Shown: positions 9,217 through 19,149, counted from the stretch's first letter. The stretch: DNA of 64,000 nucleotides from an uncultured archaeon (GCA_964551725.1 CAZKED010000001.1:55770-119769), one strand, 5' to 3'. Notes: generated by a model not told the origin, from the sequence alone. Numbers and translations are program-made.

Positions 9217-9282
9217 AGAAAAAACTCCTGGGAAAGGAAATTAAAACATAACGCTCTTTCGCCGAGACGCGGAAGAAATGTG

Positions 9283-9296
9283 GAAAGGTTTAAATA
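9283..9296 (+). promoter_or_regulatory. BRE + TATA box in the divergent ribK / orphan intergenic region
   Basis: GAAAGG-TTTAAATA within an AT-rich 190-bp gap. Confidence 0.5.
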
Positions 9297-9408
9297 CTTG
9301 GGGAGAGATAAGAATATTTAAACAACGCACATTAAATTCATTTAATAAAATTAATAAATAAATAAGGAATAAATAGGCGGTTGCCGGAGAAAAAAAGGAT
9401 GGTCTGAA

Positions 9409-10563
9409 ATGGCGCCAGTAAGAAATGCCAGTGCTGCCGCGAGGAGAGCGGCCCTCATAGAAAGGATGAAGAGAAAGGGCGGCGTGGAAATCGAAAGAAG
9501 ACCCGGCAGAGAAAGAAGGCCAGCGCGCAGGCCCGGGCCAAGCGAAAGGCGCGTTCCCGAGTGGGAGAGACCCCTGCTCGAGGGGCTCAATGCCTCAATA
9601 AGGAGCCTTGAGAGGATTGAGGCAGAGCAGGCGGCAAGAAGAGTCCCTGAACAGCAGGCTGAACGGGAAAAGGAAGCGATAAGCGGGCAGGTCTGGGAGA
9701 TTATGAGAAAGGCAGGGCATCTGCCTCCGGGCGAAATTGCGATGAGTTCAAGGGTCGCATGGCAGAACAGGGAAGTGATAAGGGACAGGGAAGGAAGACC
9801 CTATCACACGGGAATAGACGCTTTCTGCAGGGCGTGGAGGGAGAGAATGCTTTCCTCTCATTACGCACACCGCATGTCGATTGAGTCGGCGCAGAGGACT
9901 ATTGAAAAATACAGCGCTCCCCAGGGATTGAGGTGGTTCAATCCAAGGAGATGGATAAGGGGGGCGAGCAACAGGGTTGCGGTGAGGCGGCTAAGGAAAG
10001 ACCTTGCATTCCTTAAAGGCAATGTGGAAAAATTTGAGAGGGAAACGCTGGTTCCATCGCTTGCCGCTATTAACAGGGCATTCGGGGAATACATGAGGAC
10101 GAGGTCAGCCGAGCAATTCTGGCTCACAATGGACAGCTTCCATTTTAACGGCAGGAAGTGGCCCGGCATAACCAGGGAATTCGACAGGGCGAACCGGGAA
10201 CTCGCACTCCGTGTAATGGGAAAAGGCAGGGCGAAAAGAACAGCGTGGGTGCTCAGGCACCTCGGCCAGCCGCCCAACCCCATTGCGGTAAGCCTTTTCG
10301 GCTCGATGAGGTTAAACCCTTTCACCAAGAGGCGGGGGAAAATCGCTGCAAGACTTGAAAATGAAGTGAAGAGATATGCAAGCGGCGGCACAGCACTAAG
10401 CGATGCACTGAATGAAATGGTCGGGCGCGGAAGGGAAAGACTGGCTGAAAGAGGGCAGGAAGCACTGCAAAGATGGGCCGCGGGCGAAGGGGGAGCCGAA
10501 GAAGGAGCCACAAGGGAAGCAGGCGAAAGAGAAGAAGTCGGCGCAGGCGCGGAAGCCGGCTGA
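9409..10563 (+). CDS. Hypothetical Arg-rich, helical protein
   Basis: 384-aa ORF with purine-rich sense-strand bias. No motif recognised. Confidence 0.65.
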   Translation: MAPVRNASAAARRAALIERMKRKGGVEIERRPGRERRPARRPGPSERRVPEWERPLLEGLNASIRSLERIEAEQAARRVPEQQAEREKEAISGQVWEIMRKAGHLPPGEIAMSSRVAWQNREVIRDREGRPYHTGIDAFCRAWRERMLSSHYAHRMSIESAQRTIEKYSAPQGLRWFNPRRWIRGASNRVAVRRLRKDLAFLKGNVEKFERETLVPSLAAINRAFGEYMRTRSAEQFWLTMDSFHFNGRKWPGITREFDRANRELALRVMGKGRAKRTAWVLRHLGQPPNPIAVSLFGSMRLNPFTKRRGKIAARLENEVKRYASGGTALSDALNEMVGRGRERLAERGQEALQRWAAGEGGAEEGATREAGEREEVGAGAEAG

Positions 10564-10572
10564 AAGGGAACG

Positions 10573-13500
10573 CTAATTCTTTTTCCTTACAATCAGGATT
10601 CTTCTTCTCACCAAAAGCACTGCTCCAATGAGCAGTGAAAGGAAGAAAAGCAATTCGAGAGCGTTTTCCGGCAGGGAAGGCAGGTTCCAGAGCCCTGGCT
10701 GCTGTGGTCCTGTCTGCACGTTGAGAATGTTGTCGCCTGGCTTCGACACCACTTCGCCGTCCTTTCCGACCTGCGTGAGCGACCCGCGGCGGAATGCCTC
10801 AATCAGGGGTATCAGCTGACCGTTCTCGGAATACCACATTCCTGTTTCGGGGTCGTACCAGAACGCTCCGTTTCTTCCCTGCGCCATTGTAAGCGTTTCC
10901 GGGGGGTAGGTATTGTAGGTTATCGTGGGAATGCCGTTTTCCGCTGAAAACTTGAGGTCGTGGTCGTTTCCTTCGGCATCCTCTATGTGAATTCCGTCGG
11001 CTGTCTGCTGAATGCTTTCAATGGGCGCCTCGTATACCTCGCCTGTTTCCTTGTTTATTATTTTAATGAAATCAATGCATTCGTCGCCGACAAGCTTCGA
11101 GTAAATAATGAACCTGCGCGTTGGCGTTTCAAATATCTGGAAGGGCCCCATCTCCGTAAGGGACTGGTTGAATTGCTCCACTTTCTCTTCCTTGAGGTCG
11201 GAGCCCGGAACAGCAATCGCTTCAATTTCCACAGCCGGCTCAGGGCACTCTGTTTCGGGATTAACTGTTTCAGCGAGGTGCGTTTTCATTCCTGAAACGT
11301 CTTCCTGCGAAATTGCCGCCTGGGCATTCCTCTTGAGCCATATTATCAATTCGTTGGTGTAGGGCTTGTAGAGAATGAGACCGTTTTCGAATATTATGGA
11401 CTGCAAGAGCCCGGCTTCCTTTGTGCTGTTGTTGCTCAGCAGGGTGTTCCTGTCGGAGTAAATTTCCACTCTCGCTGTTGCGCCTTCAACCATTAGTCTC
11501 GGAGCGCCCTCGGCAACAATCCTCTGCTTTTCCTCCCACGCTTTTATGGTGGGATGCGTTGTGGTGACAATGTTCACAACCTTTCCGAAAGCGCTTGTGA
11601 GGTTGCCGCTTTCCTTTCCATAGGAAGTGAATTCCAGTCCCGTTTGGTCCAGAATGCCCTGCCTTATGCAGTCGAGCACTTCCCGGCTTGTTGCTATGAG
11701 TTCCGAATCGGTGCCCATTTTGAAAATGAGCTCTTTTTTTGCGGGCAGTCCCAGCACCGTGAGTCTTTTGGGGAATTCTTCCGCGGGAATGCTGAGGTTT
11801 GTGGATTCAAGCGCGGTGACAATGTTGTTGTCTATTAATGTGGTTTTTTTCCTGACGCCGTTTTCGTCCACGACATAGTAAACCTTTCCTTCGCCGAAAT
11901 TTATTTCCAAAAACCTGTTGGAATCCGGGTCGCCGACAACCTTTTTCCCGCTTGATTTGAACGCGCTCGGGTTGGTTTCGCCCTTGAACCAGAAGGAGTA
12001 AAGTCTCTCGGATTCAAGAATGCCTGAGGAAAACTGCTCTGTGTCAATGCGCGCCTGCACGAGGTCATCGCTCTCAGAGCCCTCAATGAAGTTTTTCACG
12101 GTTTCATCCAGTTTTTCCGCGGCCTGCGAGGTGTACGTGTTCTCGTCGGAGCGGAACAATCCCATAAGCGTGTCAAATCCCTGCTGGGTCATTTCCGCAA
12201 CTTTTTCAGTGGAAAGCTGTGCAGGTGCTTCCGAGCCCTGCTTTTCCTCTTCCGCGGGAGCGAAAATGTGCACGTAATAGCCCTCGTCAACGTCCACGCA
12301 GTCCTGTATCTGCGGGGCGTAATAGAGCTGCTGGAATGCGGTAGCGAACACAGCACTCCAGCCGAAAATCATGTAGGAAAGGGATTCCCCGAAAGCCATC
12401 CAGCCCCCGACAGAGGAGGGATTGCATTCCCTTCCAAACAAATTGCAGGCAGCGTTCATTATCTTGCCAGGCAGGATGTCCTGCACTTTCTGCCTGCACG
12501 AATTGCCTGCGCGCATTTCTTGCACGAGGTCTATTTTTCCCTCTTCCGAGGAACCCTCCTCTGTTCCCGACAAATTCATGTGCCTTGAGAAGGTTATAAT
12601 CGTGGAGCCCTTCTTCTTTGCCTTTTCTGACACGGTGTCCTCGAGAACATAGGAAGTGGTGCCGCGCATTGCGTAAAAGTTGGGCATGAACGCGAGTATG
12701 TTTTCCGCTGACAGATTGATGCCGCATTCCTCGCAGTCCGGTTCGGAGTTGGAGTAGAACGCCAGGTTTTCGACCCTGTCGCGCACCTCCTCGCTCTTGA
12801 AACTTTCATACATGTCGTTCAACGGCTTGAAGTTCGCGAACACGTTCCTTGCCAAAAACTCCCAGGGCAGGTACTGGAGCATTTTATTGAAGAGGTCGCC
12901 TTGGTCGCTGCCCTCGTTGGCGAAAAAGTCAATGAAGGCGTCATTGTAAAGCTCGTGCTCTCCTGTGTACCATTTGACCTCGCGCCATACGTCCGGCAGC
13001 ATGTAGCCCGAAGCCCAGTCCTGTCCGCCGCCGCGCTTTGCGAACCAGTATGCGTTGGTGTAAGCGCTCCATTTCAACCCGCCTTTTAGGGAAAAGTAGT
13101 CTTTGAATAGTTGGTTCTGGCGCTGCACCGCCATGTCCAAAATGCTTGTGAACCTGCGGCCCATGAAGCCGCGGTGCACCATTGTGTCCACGAGTCTTTC
13201 GCTGTTTTTTACGGGGTATTCCGCTGTCATTAACTGCAGCCTTCCGTGGGTAAGTCTTTTTGCGAATTCTTCGGGCGTCAATTCCATTGCTTTTGCCATT
13301 TCCGCGCCGTGCCCTGGCTTTGTTCCTGTTAAAGTGTAGCGCAGTTTTGGCACTGACCAGTCCTTTATGGGCAGGGCTTCCCCGGAATCGATTGCCACGG
13401 ACCAGTCCGCGTAATGGGAGAAATGCCTTTCGATGTCGGGCATGCTCACCTCGCCCCACTGGGGGGAAGTCGGGCTGACCTTGTAAAGGTTCAGGTTTCT

Positions 13501-15090
13501 GCCTGTTGTCTCGAATGCGCTCATTCCCGCCCAGTCGCCGTCCCTTGCGAACTTATGCATTACCTGGTATATGTCGATTGAGTCGTCGGGCAGCCAGTGG
13601 TATGCCTGCGTTTCGGGGTTTCTCACAGCGTACTGGAAGAAGTGCAATGGCTCGAAGCGGGAAACGTATTCAGGCATGTCCATGTGGATTAAGTCCTCGT
13701 AGCCCATCAATACTTTTGACATTTTCCTGCCGTAGTCCACCCTTGCAACCTTTTCCATTTCAGAGTTGAAGCCGAACCTCCTCACTATGTCGTCATAGCT
13801 TCTTCTCGCTTCCCTTACGAATGCGTCGTTGGTTCTCGCAACTCCGCGTATGTCCCTCATCATTTTGTACATTGATTCCTGTGTTTTTTTGTCAGTAATC
13901 TGGTCAATCCAGCCCTCCTTGCCGAACCATTCCTTTTCGAACTTGCTCCTGAACGCGCGCGATTGCCCCAGATAACATGCATCCGTCCAGCCGTCGTCAA
14001 GTACTTCGGTTAACTCGTATCGCAGTCTTCCCGCTGATTCTGGGTGCTGTGCCGCCTGCCTCCACACCCTGTGAGCGCGCCATTTCCCGAGCCTCGTGTC
14101 GGGTCCGAAAAACTTCATTCTTATTTTGTCCGCGAGAGCCGACTTGCTGAAGCGCCACGGGAATCTGCCTGGTCTTCCGTACTGCAGGAAGAGCTTTTTG
14201 GCGCGGAACCAGAGCGCCGGCGCTGCCAGCGATAGAACCATGTCCCCGGAGAACCACTTGTTGTACAGCTTGTCGAAGAGGGAATACACTGAAATTACTC
14301 CCTGCGAGGTGTTTGTCTGCGATGATGCGCTGAAGTTTTCGGCGAGAATGGAATTGGGAATCATTTTCTGGTTTAAGCGCACGTATGCTTCAATATTGGA
14401 ATCGTTTAAGTCCGAGAGAACGAGGTTGTCCATGAACTGCTGTTGCTGCTCCTCGGGAATTCCCGTTTCTTCGGCTATGCGTGCGAGGTCTTCCTCGTCC
14501 ATTTCCTCAATCCTGCTCTTTCCCTCGCTCTTGAGCTTTTCTATGAGCGGTAGGCTCGTGAAGAAGTCCGCGACCTTGCCTGCTTCCTTGTTGAATGCTG
14601 TTCCGGAGTTCCTGTAGTTGAGGCTTTTTTCGGTCAGCGGGCATGTCAGGTTTTTGTCCTCCAGGTCGTTGCACCTGCCGACTCTCAGCGTGTCATCCAG
14701 GACAACGCCGAAGGAATACGCTCCATGAATGTTGTCGTTGAGGAGGTGCTGTATTTCCGCCACGTCGAATTTTTCATCCGCCACTTCCACCTTTGTCGCG
14801 TTTTCCTGGTCCAGGGGGATTACGAGCGTGGAGTTGGGAGATTCCTCCCTGTCGGGGTTCGGCACAGTACCTGAACCTATCTGGCTCCCGAGCAAGCCGT
14901 CCGCCAGAGCGTCCAGAATGCGCTGGGATTCCAGGTCGGACATTCCCTCAATGCTGCAGGTATAGTTTGCCCTTTCAACCTTTTCGGCTTCTGCGCTGTT
15001 GTCCTGCAGTGCGGCTGTGAGGGCTGACGCATGCGTTGTGTTCAGTATGAGGAAAACCGCAATCCAGAGCAATGCATTCCTGTAATCCAT
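10573..15090 (-). CDS. Large secreted/membrane-anchored protein (1505 aa) with candidate sortase-type C-terminal signal
   Basis: Signal peptide MDYRNALLWIAVFLILNTTHASA, internal hydrophobic segments, and C-terminus LPSLPEN + TM + RRR. GGTGA RBS upstream. Confidence 0.8.
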   Translation of the reverse strand: MDYRNALLWIAVFLILNTTHASALTAALQDNSAEAEKVERANYTCSIEGMSDLESQRILDALADGLLGSQIGSGTVPNPDREESPNSTLVIPLDQENATKVEVADEKFDVAEIQHLLNDNIHGAYSFGVVLDDTLRVGRCNDLEDKNLTCPLTEKSLNYRNSGTAFNKEAGKVADFFTSLPLIEKLKSEGKSRIEEMDEEDLARIAEETGIPEEQQQQFMDNLVLSDLNDSNIEAYVRLNQKMIPNSILAENFSASSQTNTSQGVISVYSLFDKLYNKWFSGDMVLSLAAPALWFRAKKLFLQYGRPGRFPWRFSKSALADKIRMKFFGPDTRLGKWRAHRVWRQAAQHPESAGRLRYELTEVLDDGWTDACYLGQSRAFRSKFEKEWFGKEGWIDQITDKKTQESMYKMMRDIRGVARTNDAFVREARRSYDDIVRRFGFNSEMEKVARVDYGRKMSKVLMGYEDLIHMDMPEYVSRFEPLHFFQYAVRNPETQAYHWLPDDSIDIYQVMHKFARDGDWAGMSAFETTGRNLNLYKVSPTSPQWGEVSMPDIERHFSHYADWSVAIDSGEALPIKDWSVPKLRYTLTGTKPGHGAEMAKAMELTPEEFAKRLTHGRLQLMTAEYPVKNSERLVDTMVHRGFMGRRFTSILDMAVQRQNQLFKDYFSLKGGLKWSAYTNAYWFAKRGGGQDWASGYMLPDVWREVKWYTGEHELYNDAFIDFFANEGSDQGDLFNKMLQYLPWEFLARNVFANFKPLNDMYESFKSEEVRDRVENLAFYSNSEPDCEECGINLSAENILAFMPNFYAMRGTTSYVLEDTVSEKAKKKGSTIITFSRHMNLSGTEEGSSEEGKIDLVQEMRAGNSCRQKVQDILPGKIMNAACNLFGRECNPSSVGGWMAFGESLSYMIFGWSAVFATAFQQLYYAPQIQDCVDVDEGYYVHIFAPAEEEKQGSEAPAQLSTEKVAEMTQQGFDTLMGLFRSDENTYTSQAAEKLDETVKNFIEGSESDDLVQARIDTEQFSSGILESERLYSFWFKGETNPSAFKSSGKKVVGDPDSNRFLEINFGEGKVYYVVDENGVRKKTTLIDNNIVTALESTNLSIPAEEFPKRLTVLGLPAKKELIFKMGTDSELIATSREVLDCIRQGILDQTGLEFTSYGKESGNLTSAFGKVVNIVTTTHPTIKAWEEKQRIVAEGAPRLMVEGATARVEIYSDRNTLLSNNSTKEAGLLQSIIFENGLILYKPYTNELIIWLKRNAQAAISQEDVSGMKTHLAETVNPETECPEPAVEIEAIAVPGSDLKEEKVEQFNQSLTEMGPFQIFETPTRRFIIYSKLVGDECIDFIKIINKETGEVYEAPIESIQQTADGIHIEDAEGNDHDLKFSAENGIPTITYNTYPPETLTMAQGRNGAFWYDPETGMWYSENGQLIPLIEAFRRGSLTQVGKDGEVVSKPGDNILNVQTGPQQPGLWNLPSLPENALELLFFLSLLIGAVLLVRRRILIVRKKN

Positions 15091-15094
15091 TTTT

Positions 15095-15607
15095 TCACCC
15101 GTGATAGAGGTAGAAAATCAACCCCATTGGAATCCAGTTGAACGCGAACAGCAACAGAAAGCTGCCTGTTAAAGTGCAGGCAAATACCGCGAGGAAGTTT
15201 TTGGCATGCGGGTTCCATTTTTTTTCCTTCAATTTGTCCGCGAGCATCGAGCCGAGCAGTAAAAACGGGGAGAAGAGAACCGCGACGGCGAATGCAACCA
15301 TGAGAATTTTGAATACTGCGTAAAACCACAAGCCCGCTGTTTCCAGGGGCGTGGCATACAGTTGTTCGGGCACTTCGCCCAAATTCCATTCCCCTGAAAC
15401 AAGCGCGAGAGGGTAAACGTATGCAAGCGCGGTGAGCGCGAGGGAGAAAACGAAAAGCGAAATGAACGCTGAAGAGAACCATTTCATTTTGAATTTTTCC
15501 GCGAGCCTTTTGCGCAGGAAAGCCGCGGGAAAGACGAGAATGAAAAACGGGATGGAAAGGACCAGCGAACCCCAGAGCAGCTGCGCAAGGGAAAGTAATA
15601 AATTCAT
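15095..15607 (-). CDS. Hypothetical integral membrane protein (about 4 TM)
   Basis: Four or five hydrophobic stretches. Ends 4 bp before the 1505-aa gene. Start placed at ATG 15607. Confidence 0.7.
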   Translation of the reverse strand: MNLLLSLAQLLWGSLVLSIPFFILVFPAAFLRKRLAEKFKMKWFSSAFISLFVFSLALTALAYVYPLALVSGEWNLGEVPEQLYATPLETAGLWFYAVFKILMVAFAVAVLFSPFLLLGSMLADKLKEKKWNPHAKNFLAVFACTLTGSFLLLFAFNWIPMGLIFYLYHG

Positions 15608-15711
15608 GCCAGTGTTAATACTTATGAAGAACATTCGGCTCAATTAAATGTATATATTAACACATTTAAATAACTTAAGGTATTAATTTAGGGGAAGAAT
15701 TGAGTGGTTTT

Positions 15712-16398
15712 ATGGCTGAAAGAACGATAAAGGAAATGGACAGCATTTCAAGAAAGGACAAGCGCTTTTACAGGCGCAACGCCGAACTGTTCGACAAAAT
15801 AAAGGAGCAGATTTTGAGAGCGGAGGGCCTGCGCGAGAGGGAGAAGAGAAAAATACTCATGCGCCTGAGATTCCAGATAGGGGAAATGCAGGAAAAAGAG
15901 GGGATTGAAATGTCCTCTGCTCTTTACGACCAGGTGAAGAAAGGCGGCACGGATGTCGGGGAACTTGCCTCGAGGGAAGCCCGCCGGAGGGGAAGAGGAA
16001 GGGCAAAAAAATTCGGCGAGAACGATTTGAACTTTATCGCCGACAACATTTTTTCTCAGTTAAAGGACGAAGGGCTGCCCCGCAGGAGGCGGGGTAAAAG
16101 GGCTTCCGGCAGGGAAACGCGCGGGAGAAAATACGCTTCCTGGCGGGACAGGAAGGGAATTCCGAGCGAGAAGGAAGCCGAAGTGGAAAAAATAAAGCAG
16201 GATCTCGCGGAAAAGCTTTCGGGAAGGAGACCGCTGGAATCCCTGGAAAAGGGCGGCGAAGCGCCGTCGCTCGGGGAACTCGAAGACCTGAAGAACCTTG
16301 ATGTCGAGGACATCGTGGGCGGAAAAAAGGGAAAAGCAAAAAAGAAAAAGAAGAAAGGCGAATTTGACTTGGAAGGGCTTGAAACCGATTTGGGCTGA
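15712..16398 (+). CDS. Hypothetical highly charged protein
   Basis: K/R/E-rich ORF after an AT-rich divergent promoter region. Confidence 0.6.
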   Translation: MAERTIKEMDSISRKDKRFYRRNAELFDKIKEQILRAEGLREREKRKILMRLRFQIGEMQEKEGIEMSSALYDQVKKGGTDVGELASREARRRGRGRAKKFGENDLNFIADNIFSQLKDEGLPRRRRGKRASGRETRGRKYASWRDRKGIPSEKEAEVEKIKQDLAEKLSGRRPLESLEKGGEAPSLGELEDLKNLDVEDIVGGKKGKAKKKKKKGEFDLEGLETDLG

Positions 16399-16399
16399 T

Positions 16400-17170
16400 T
16401 TAAGGTGCAGCGGAACAGTTGAGGTATTCCTCTGATGTCAATTTACTGCCGTCAGGAGCCTGGGGCAAGGGCTTTGCGGGCCAGAACAAAAGGTCAACAT
16501 ATGCTTGGAAGTTGTGCTGCGTGAATTCTTCCGGTCCTTCCTCTTTGAGCTTTCTGAAGTTCACCAGAACGCTCGGGGGCTTGTTTATTTCGCCGACTTT
16601 AAGGAATAGAAGGCGGTCCAGGTCGTTGTCCGTCTTGATTTCCCCGCTTTGCTTGGGAAAGCAGTAATAGGTTTTTCTTTCCCCGGAAAATTCGTGCTCG
16701 CCTGTCTGCGTGTACTCGGCTGTGTAAAGCAGCACGAAAACGAAGGCATTCTTCTCGTCGGCGGGAATCCAGTCCTCGTTGTCGAACTGCTGCGGCGGGA
16801 TGTAAATGTAAAAGAAGTAATCGTATGCCTGCTTCAGGGGATCCATTACCGTGCCCACTGAATCCCTGAGCCTGTCCTGCAGTCCCCCGCTCAAAGCGGA
16901 GTCGCTCGCGTAATCCTCCTTTATCATGGCAAGGAGGTAGTCGACTTCGCTTGTGTCCTCTATATTCTCGCCTGGAACTCTCGGAACGCTGGAGTAAAGA
17001 ATGGTTTGAAGCGCGGAAGCGGCGTAGTCAGCACCGTAAAGGCTTTCGAGGTTCTTGTTGACGTTTATGCCGAAAGTGCCGCTTATTGAAAACATGAATG
17101 CTGAAAGCCCTGCAACAATGAGCAATAGGAACAATGCGTCTGTTATCGCCGCCTGCCCCCTGCAGTTCAT
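16400..17170 (-). CDS. Pilin-like protein with class III signal peptide
   Basis: MNCRG/QAAITDALFLLLIVAGLSAFMF. The start at 17170 avoids overlap with the upstream gene. Confidence 0.75.
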   Translation of the reverse strand: MNCRGQAAITDALFLLLIVAGLSAFMFSISGTFGINVNKNLESLYGADYAASALQTILYSSVPRVPGENIEDTSEVDYLLAMIKEDYASDSALSGGLQDRLRDSVGTVMDPLKQAYDYFFYIYIPPQQFDNEDWIPADEKNAFVFVLLYTAEYTQTGEHEFSGERKTYYCFPKQSGEIKTDNDLDRLLFLKVGEINKPPSVLVNFRKLKEEGPEEFTQHNFQAYVDLLFWPAKPLPQAPDGSKLTSEEYLNCSAAP

Positions 17171-17217
17171 TCCCCCACTGTGCCTGAATTCTGGCACCGC
17201 TGTTCTGCGGAATGCCT

Positions 17218-17715
17218 TCAGTCCCACAGCACCACCACCAAAAGCAGGGGTCTTATGGCAAACCCGCTTCTGACGCTTGAGTCCTGGAAAGCGAAGGGAA
17301 ACTTTTTCACCATAACTTCTGTGTCGTGGCTTATTTCCCTCTCCATATTGGAGCATTCCAGGAGTTCGCCGTCTATTTCGAAAATGCCCTCGTCCTCGTT
17401 CACGAATTCCATGACGTCAAAGGTCTGCTCCAGGGGTAGTTTTACTGCCCCGACCTTGTAGTAAACGCTTATGACCTCGCTTATGCCGCCGCACAATTCG
17501 AAGAATTCGTCCGGCGTATCCATGTAGCGGTCGCCGCGCAGCCTGTCGCTTATTTCAAGGAGGCTTATCGCGTTGCTGAACTCGCGCTGCCCGCTGTCAA
17601 GTCTCTGGAAAGTTGTCGTGAATGTTGCGAAAAAAATTACAAGAGCGAAAAGTATGGGAATGAGGCTCGGCAGGTCGTCTCCTATCGGTCCAATGAATCC
17701 TTTCCTGCTTTTCAT
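17218..17715 (-). CDS. Pilin-like protein with class III-like signal peptide
   Basis: MKSRKG/FIGPIGDDLPSLIPILFALVIFF. Confidence 0.7.
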   Translation of the reverse strand: MKSRKGFIGPIGDDLPSLIPILFALVIFFATFTTTFQRLDSGQREFSNAISLLEISDRLRGDRYMDTPDEFFELCGGISEVISVYYKVGAVKLPLEQTFDVMEFVNEDEGIFEIDGELLECSNMEREISHDTEVMVKKFPFAFQDSSVRSGFAIRPLLLVVVLWD

Positions 17716-17753
17716 TCTTCCGCCTTCTCTCCTTTTTTCCCGTTTTGATTCTT

Positions 17754-18377
17754 TCAGGTTTCGGATAAAATGCAAGTGCTCGGCATGCCTCTTTCCGCTT
17801 TGACCATGTTTCCCACTGTTTGCTCGTTGTCGAGGCACGACCCCTCATAGTGGGAAGTGCACGGAATCAGGTAAAGCTTTTTTTCGCCGTGGTAGATTTC
17901 TTTTATTATTATGAGGCTGTCCATTACGGGCTCCCTTGACTGGGGGTCAAGCGTGGTTTTATCCGCATCTTCAAGGGAATTGGTCACCCTGTCAAAATCG
18001 AAAATCAAGAATTCCGCATCGGAATCGATTCTCTGGGAAGCCATCACCGGCTTTTTTTCACCGCGCGCCGGCCTCCTCGTTACTTCAACGACAAGCGTTG
18101 ATTCTTCCGCGGACTCTATTTTTCGCAGGTTCATTATGTAATAAACCTGCCCTGCGTAAAGGCTTCTTATGTAGGGCTGCAGAGAGATCTCCCTTTTAAT
18201 GCACAACTGGTCGCTTTCAAGCACTTCGACCATTGTCCTGCCGTTCTTCCTCACTATCCTGCTTGCCTCGCTTCCTATTGAAATCCCGTCCAGGTTATAG
18301 GTGAAAAAAATTACTATCGCAAAAAGCGCTGTTACGAGAATGAGGAGGTTGAGCTTGCTCAGGGCAAAGCCGATCAT
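17754..18377 (-). CDS. Pilus-associated protein with N-terminal membrane anchor
   Basis: MIGFALSKLNLLILVTALFAIVIFF. TGATG stop/start overlap with the upstream pilin. Confidence 0.7.
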   Translation of the reverse strand: MIGFALSKLNLLILVTALFAIVIFFTYNLDGISIGSEASRIVRKNGRTMVEVLESDQLCIKREISLQPYIRSLYAGQVYYIMNLRKIESAEESTLVVEVTRRPARGEKKPVMASQRIDSDAEFLIFDFDRVTNSLEDADKTTLDPQSREPVMDSLIIIKEIYHGEKKLYLIPCTSHYEGSCLDNEQTVGNMVKAERGMPSTCILSET

Positions 18378-18934
18378 CAGAGTCCCTTCCTGTAAGCGCA
18401 TATCACGGGAAAAGCGTGGTTCGGCGGCGTTACATTGAACAGTTCATAGCTGCCTGCCGGAATTCCCTCGAAGAAATCGTGCAATACGTATTTCGGGTCG
18501 TCCGCAGAGCGGTCCGTGCATTCTCCCGGGGAAGACTGCCCCTTGAAATTGGTGACCAAAGGAATGTTAACGCACACCTTTCTAGCATAGCCCTGGCTGT
18601 AGTATTCCAGCGCAACGCATGAATCCCCGCCCTCACCGCAGAGCGTCGAGCACAGGCGCTTGTCGCTGTGCGCTTTCAGCTGCACTTCCGCATCCTCAAA
18701 ACAGCCCGAAGGAATGCTGAACTTGAACCTCGTGGGGAAGCCGTCCCTCGTGGTTATCTGTATGTGGGATTTCAGGTCCTGGAGCGCGCTTTCAATCTCG
18801 CCCTTGCACCTCTCCTCTTGGAACACTTCTATTGCCTTATAGCCGACAATGAGCACGAAGCCCATTACTATTATTGCCACGAGCAGTTCAAAGGGCGCCG
18901 ATTCCTGCCCTTTTCTTCCCAAAAAGCCAGCCAT
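18377..18934 (-). CDS. Pilin-like protein with class III signal peptide, Cys-rich
   Basis: MAGFLGRKG/QESAPFELLVAIIVMGFVLIVGY; 8 Cys in the mature part. Confidence 0.78.
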   Translation of the reverse strand: MAGFLGRKGQESAPFELLVAIIVMGFVLIVGYKAIEVFQEERCKGEIESALQDLKSHIQITTRDGFPTRFKFSIPSGCFEDAEVQLKAHSDKRLCSTLCGEGGDSCVALEYYSQGYARKVCVNIPLVTNFKGQSSPGECTDRSADDPKYVLHDFFEGIPAGSYELFNVTPPNHAFPVICAYRKGL

Positions 18935-18945
18935 AAAGAAAACCG

Positions 18946-19125
18946 TTACTTCCCTATATTGCCCGCGGTCCGCGTCACTATTTCCTGCGAGCCCTGGAAC
19001 ATCGGCTTGATGAAGGCAATGAGCACCAGTGCGACAATCACGAGCACCAAGAGGAAATAAACCGAGGACCACTCCCCTTGCGCTTTCTCTTCACGAAAAA
19101 ATCCAACCGCGCCGAGCATAGGCAT
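18946..19125 (-). CDS. Small (59 aa) Flp-like pilin, absent from the ORF track
   Basis: Hand translation: MPMLGAVGFFREEKA/QGEWSSVYFLLVLVIVALVLIAFIKPMFQGSQEIVTRTAGNIGK*. It fills the gap in the pilin cluster and has TTTAAATA about 25 nt upstream. Confidence 0.75.
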   Translation of the reverse strand: MPMLGAVGFFREEKAQGEWSSVYFLLVLVIVALVLIAFIKPMFQGSQEIVTRTAGNIGK

Positions 19126-19149
19126 CCATTAAAAGAAAGGGAAAAGGAA

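Noticed and set aside
17171-17356. Long N-terminal extensions given by the ORF track (also 17716-17838, 18935-19072, 5310-5333)
   Set aside because: They overlap neighbouring genes. Internal ATGs give proper class III signals or stop/start coupling.
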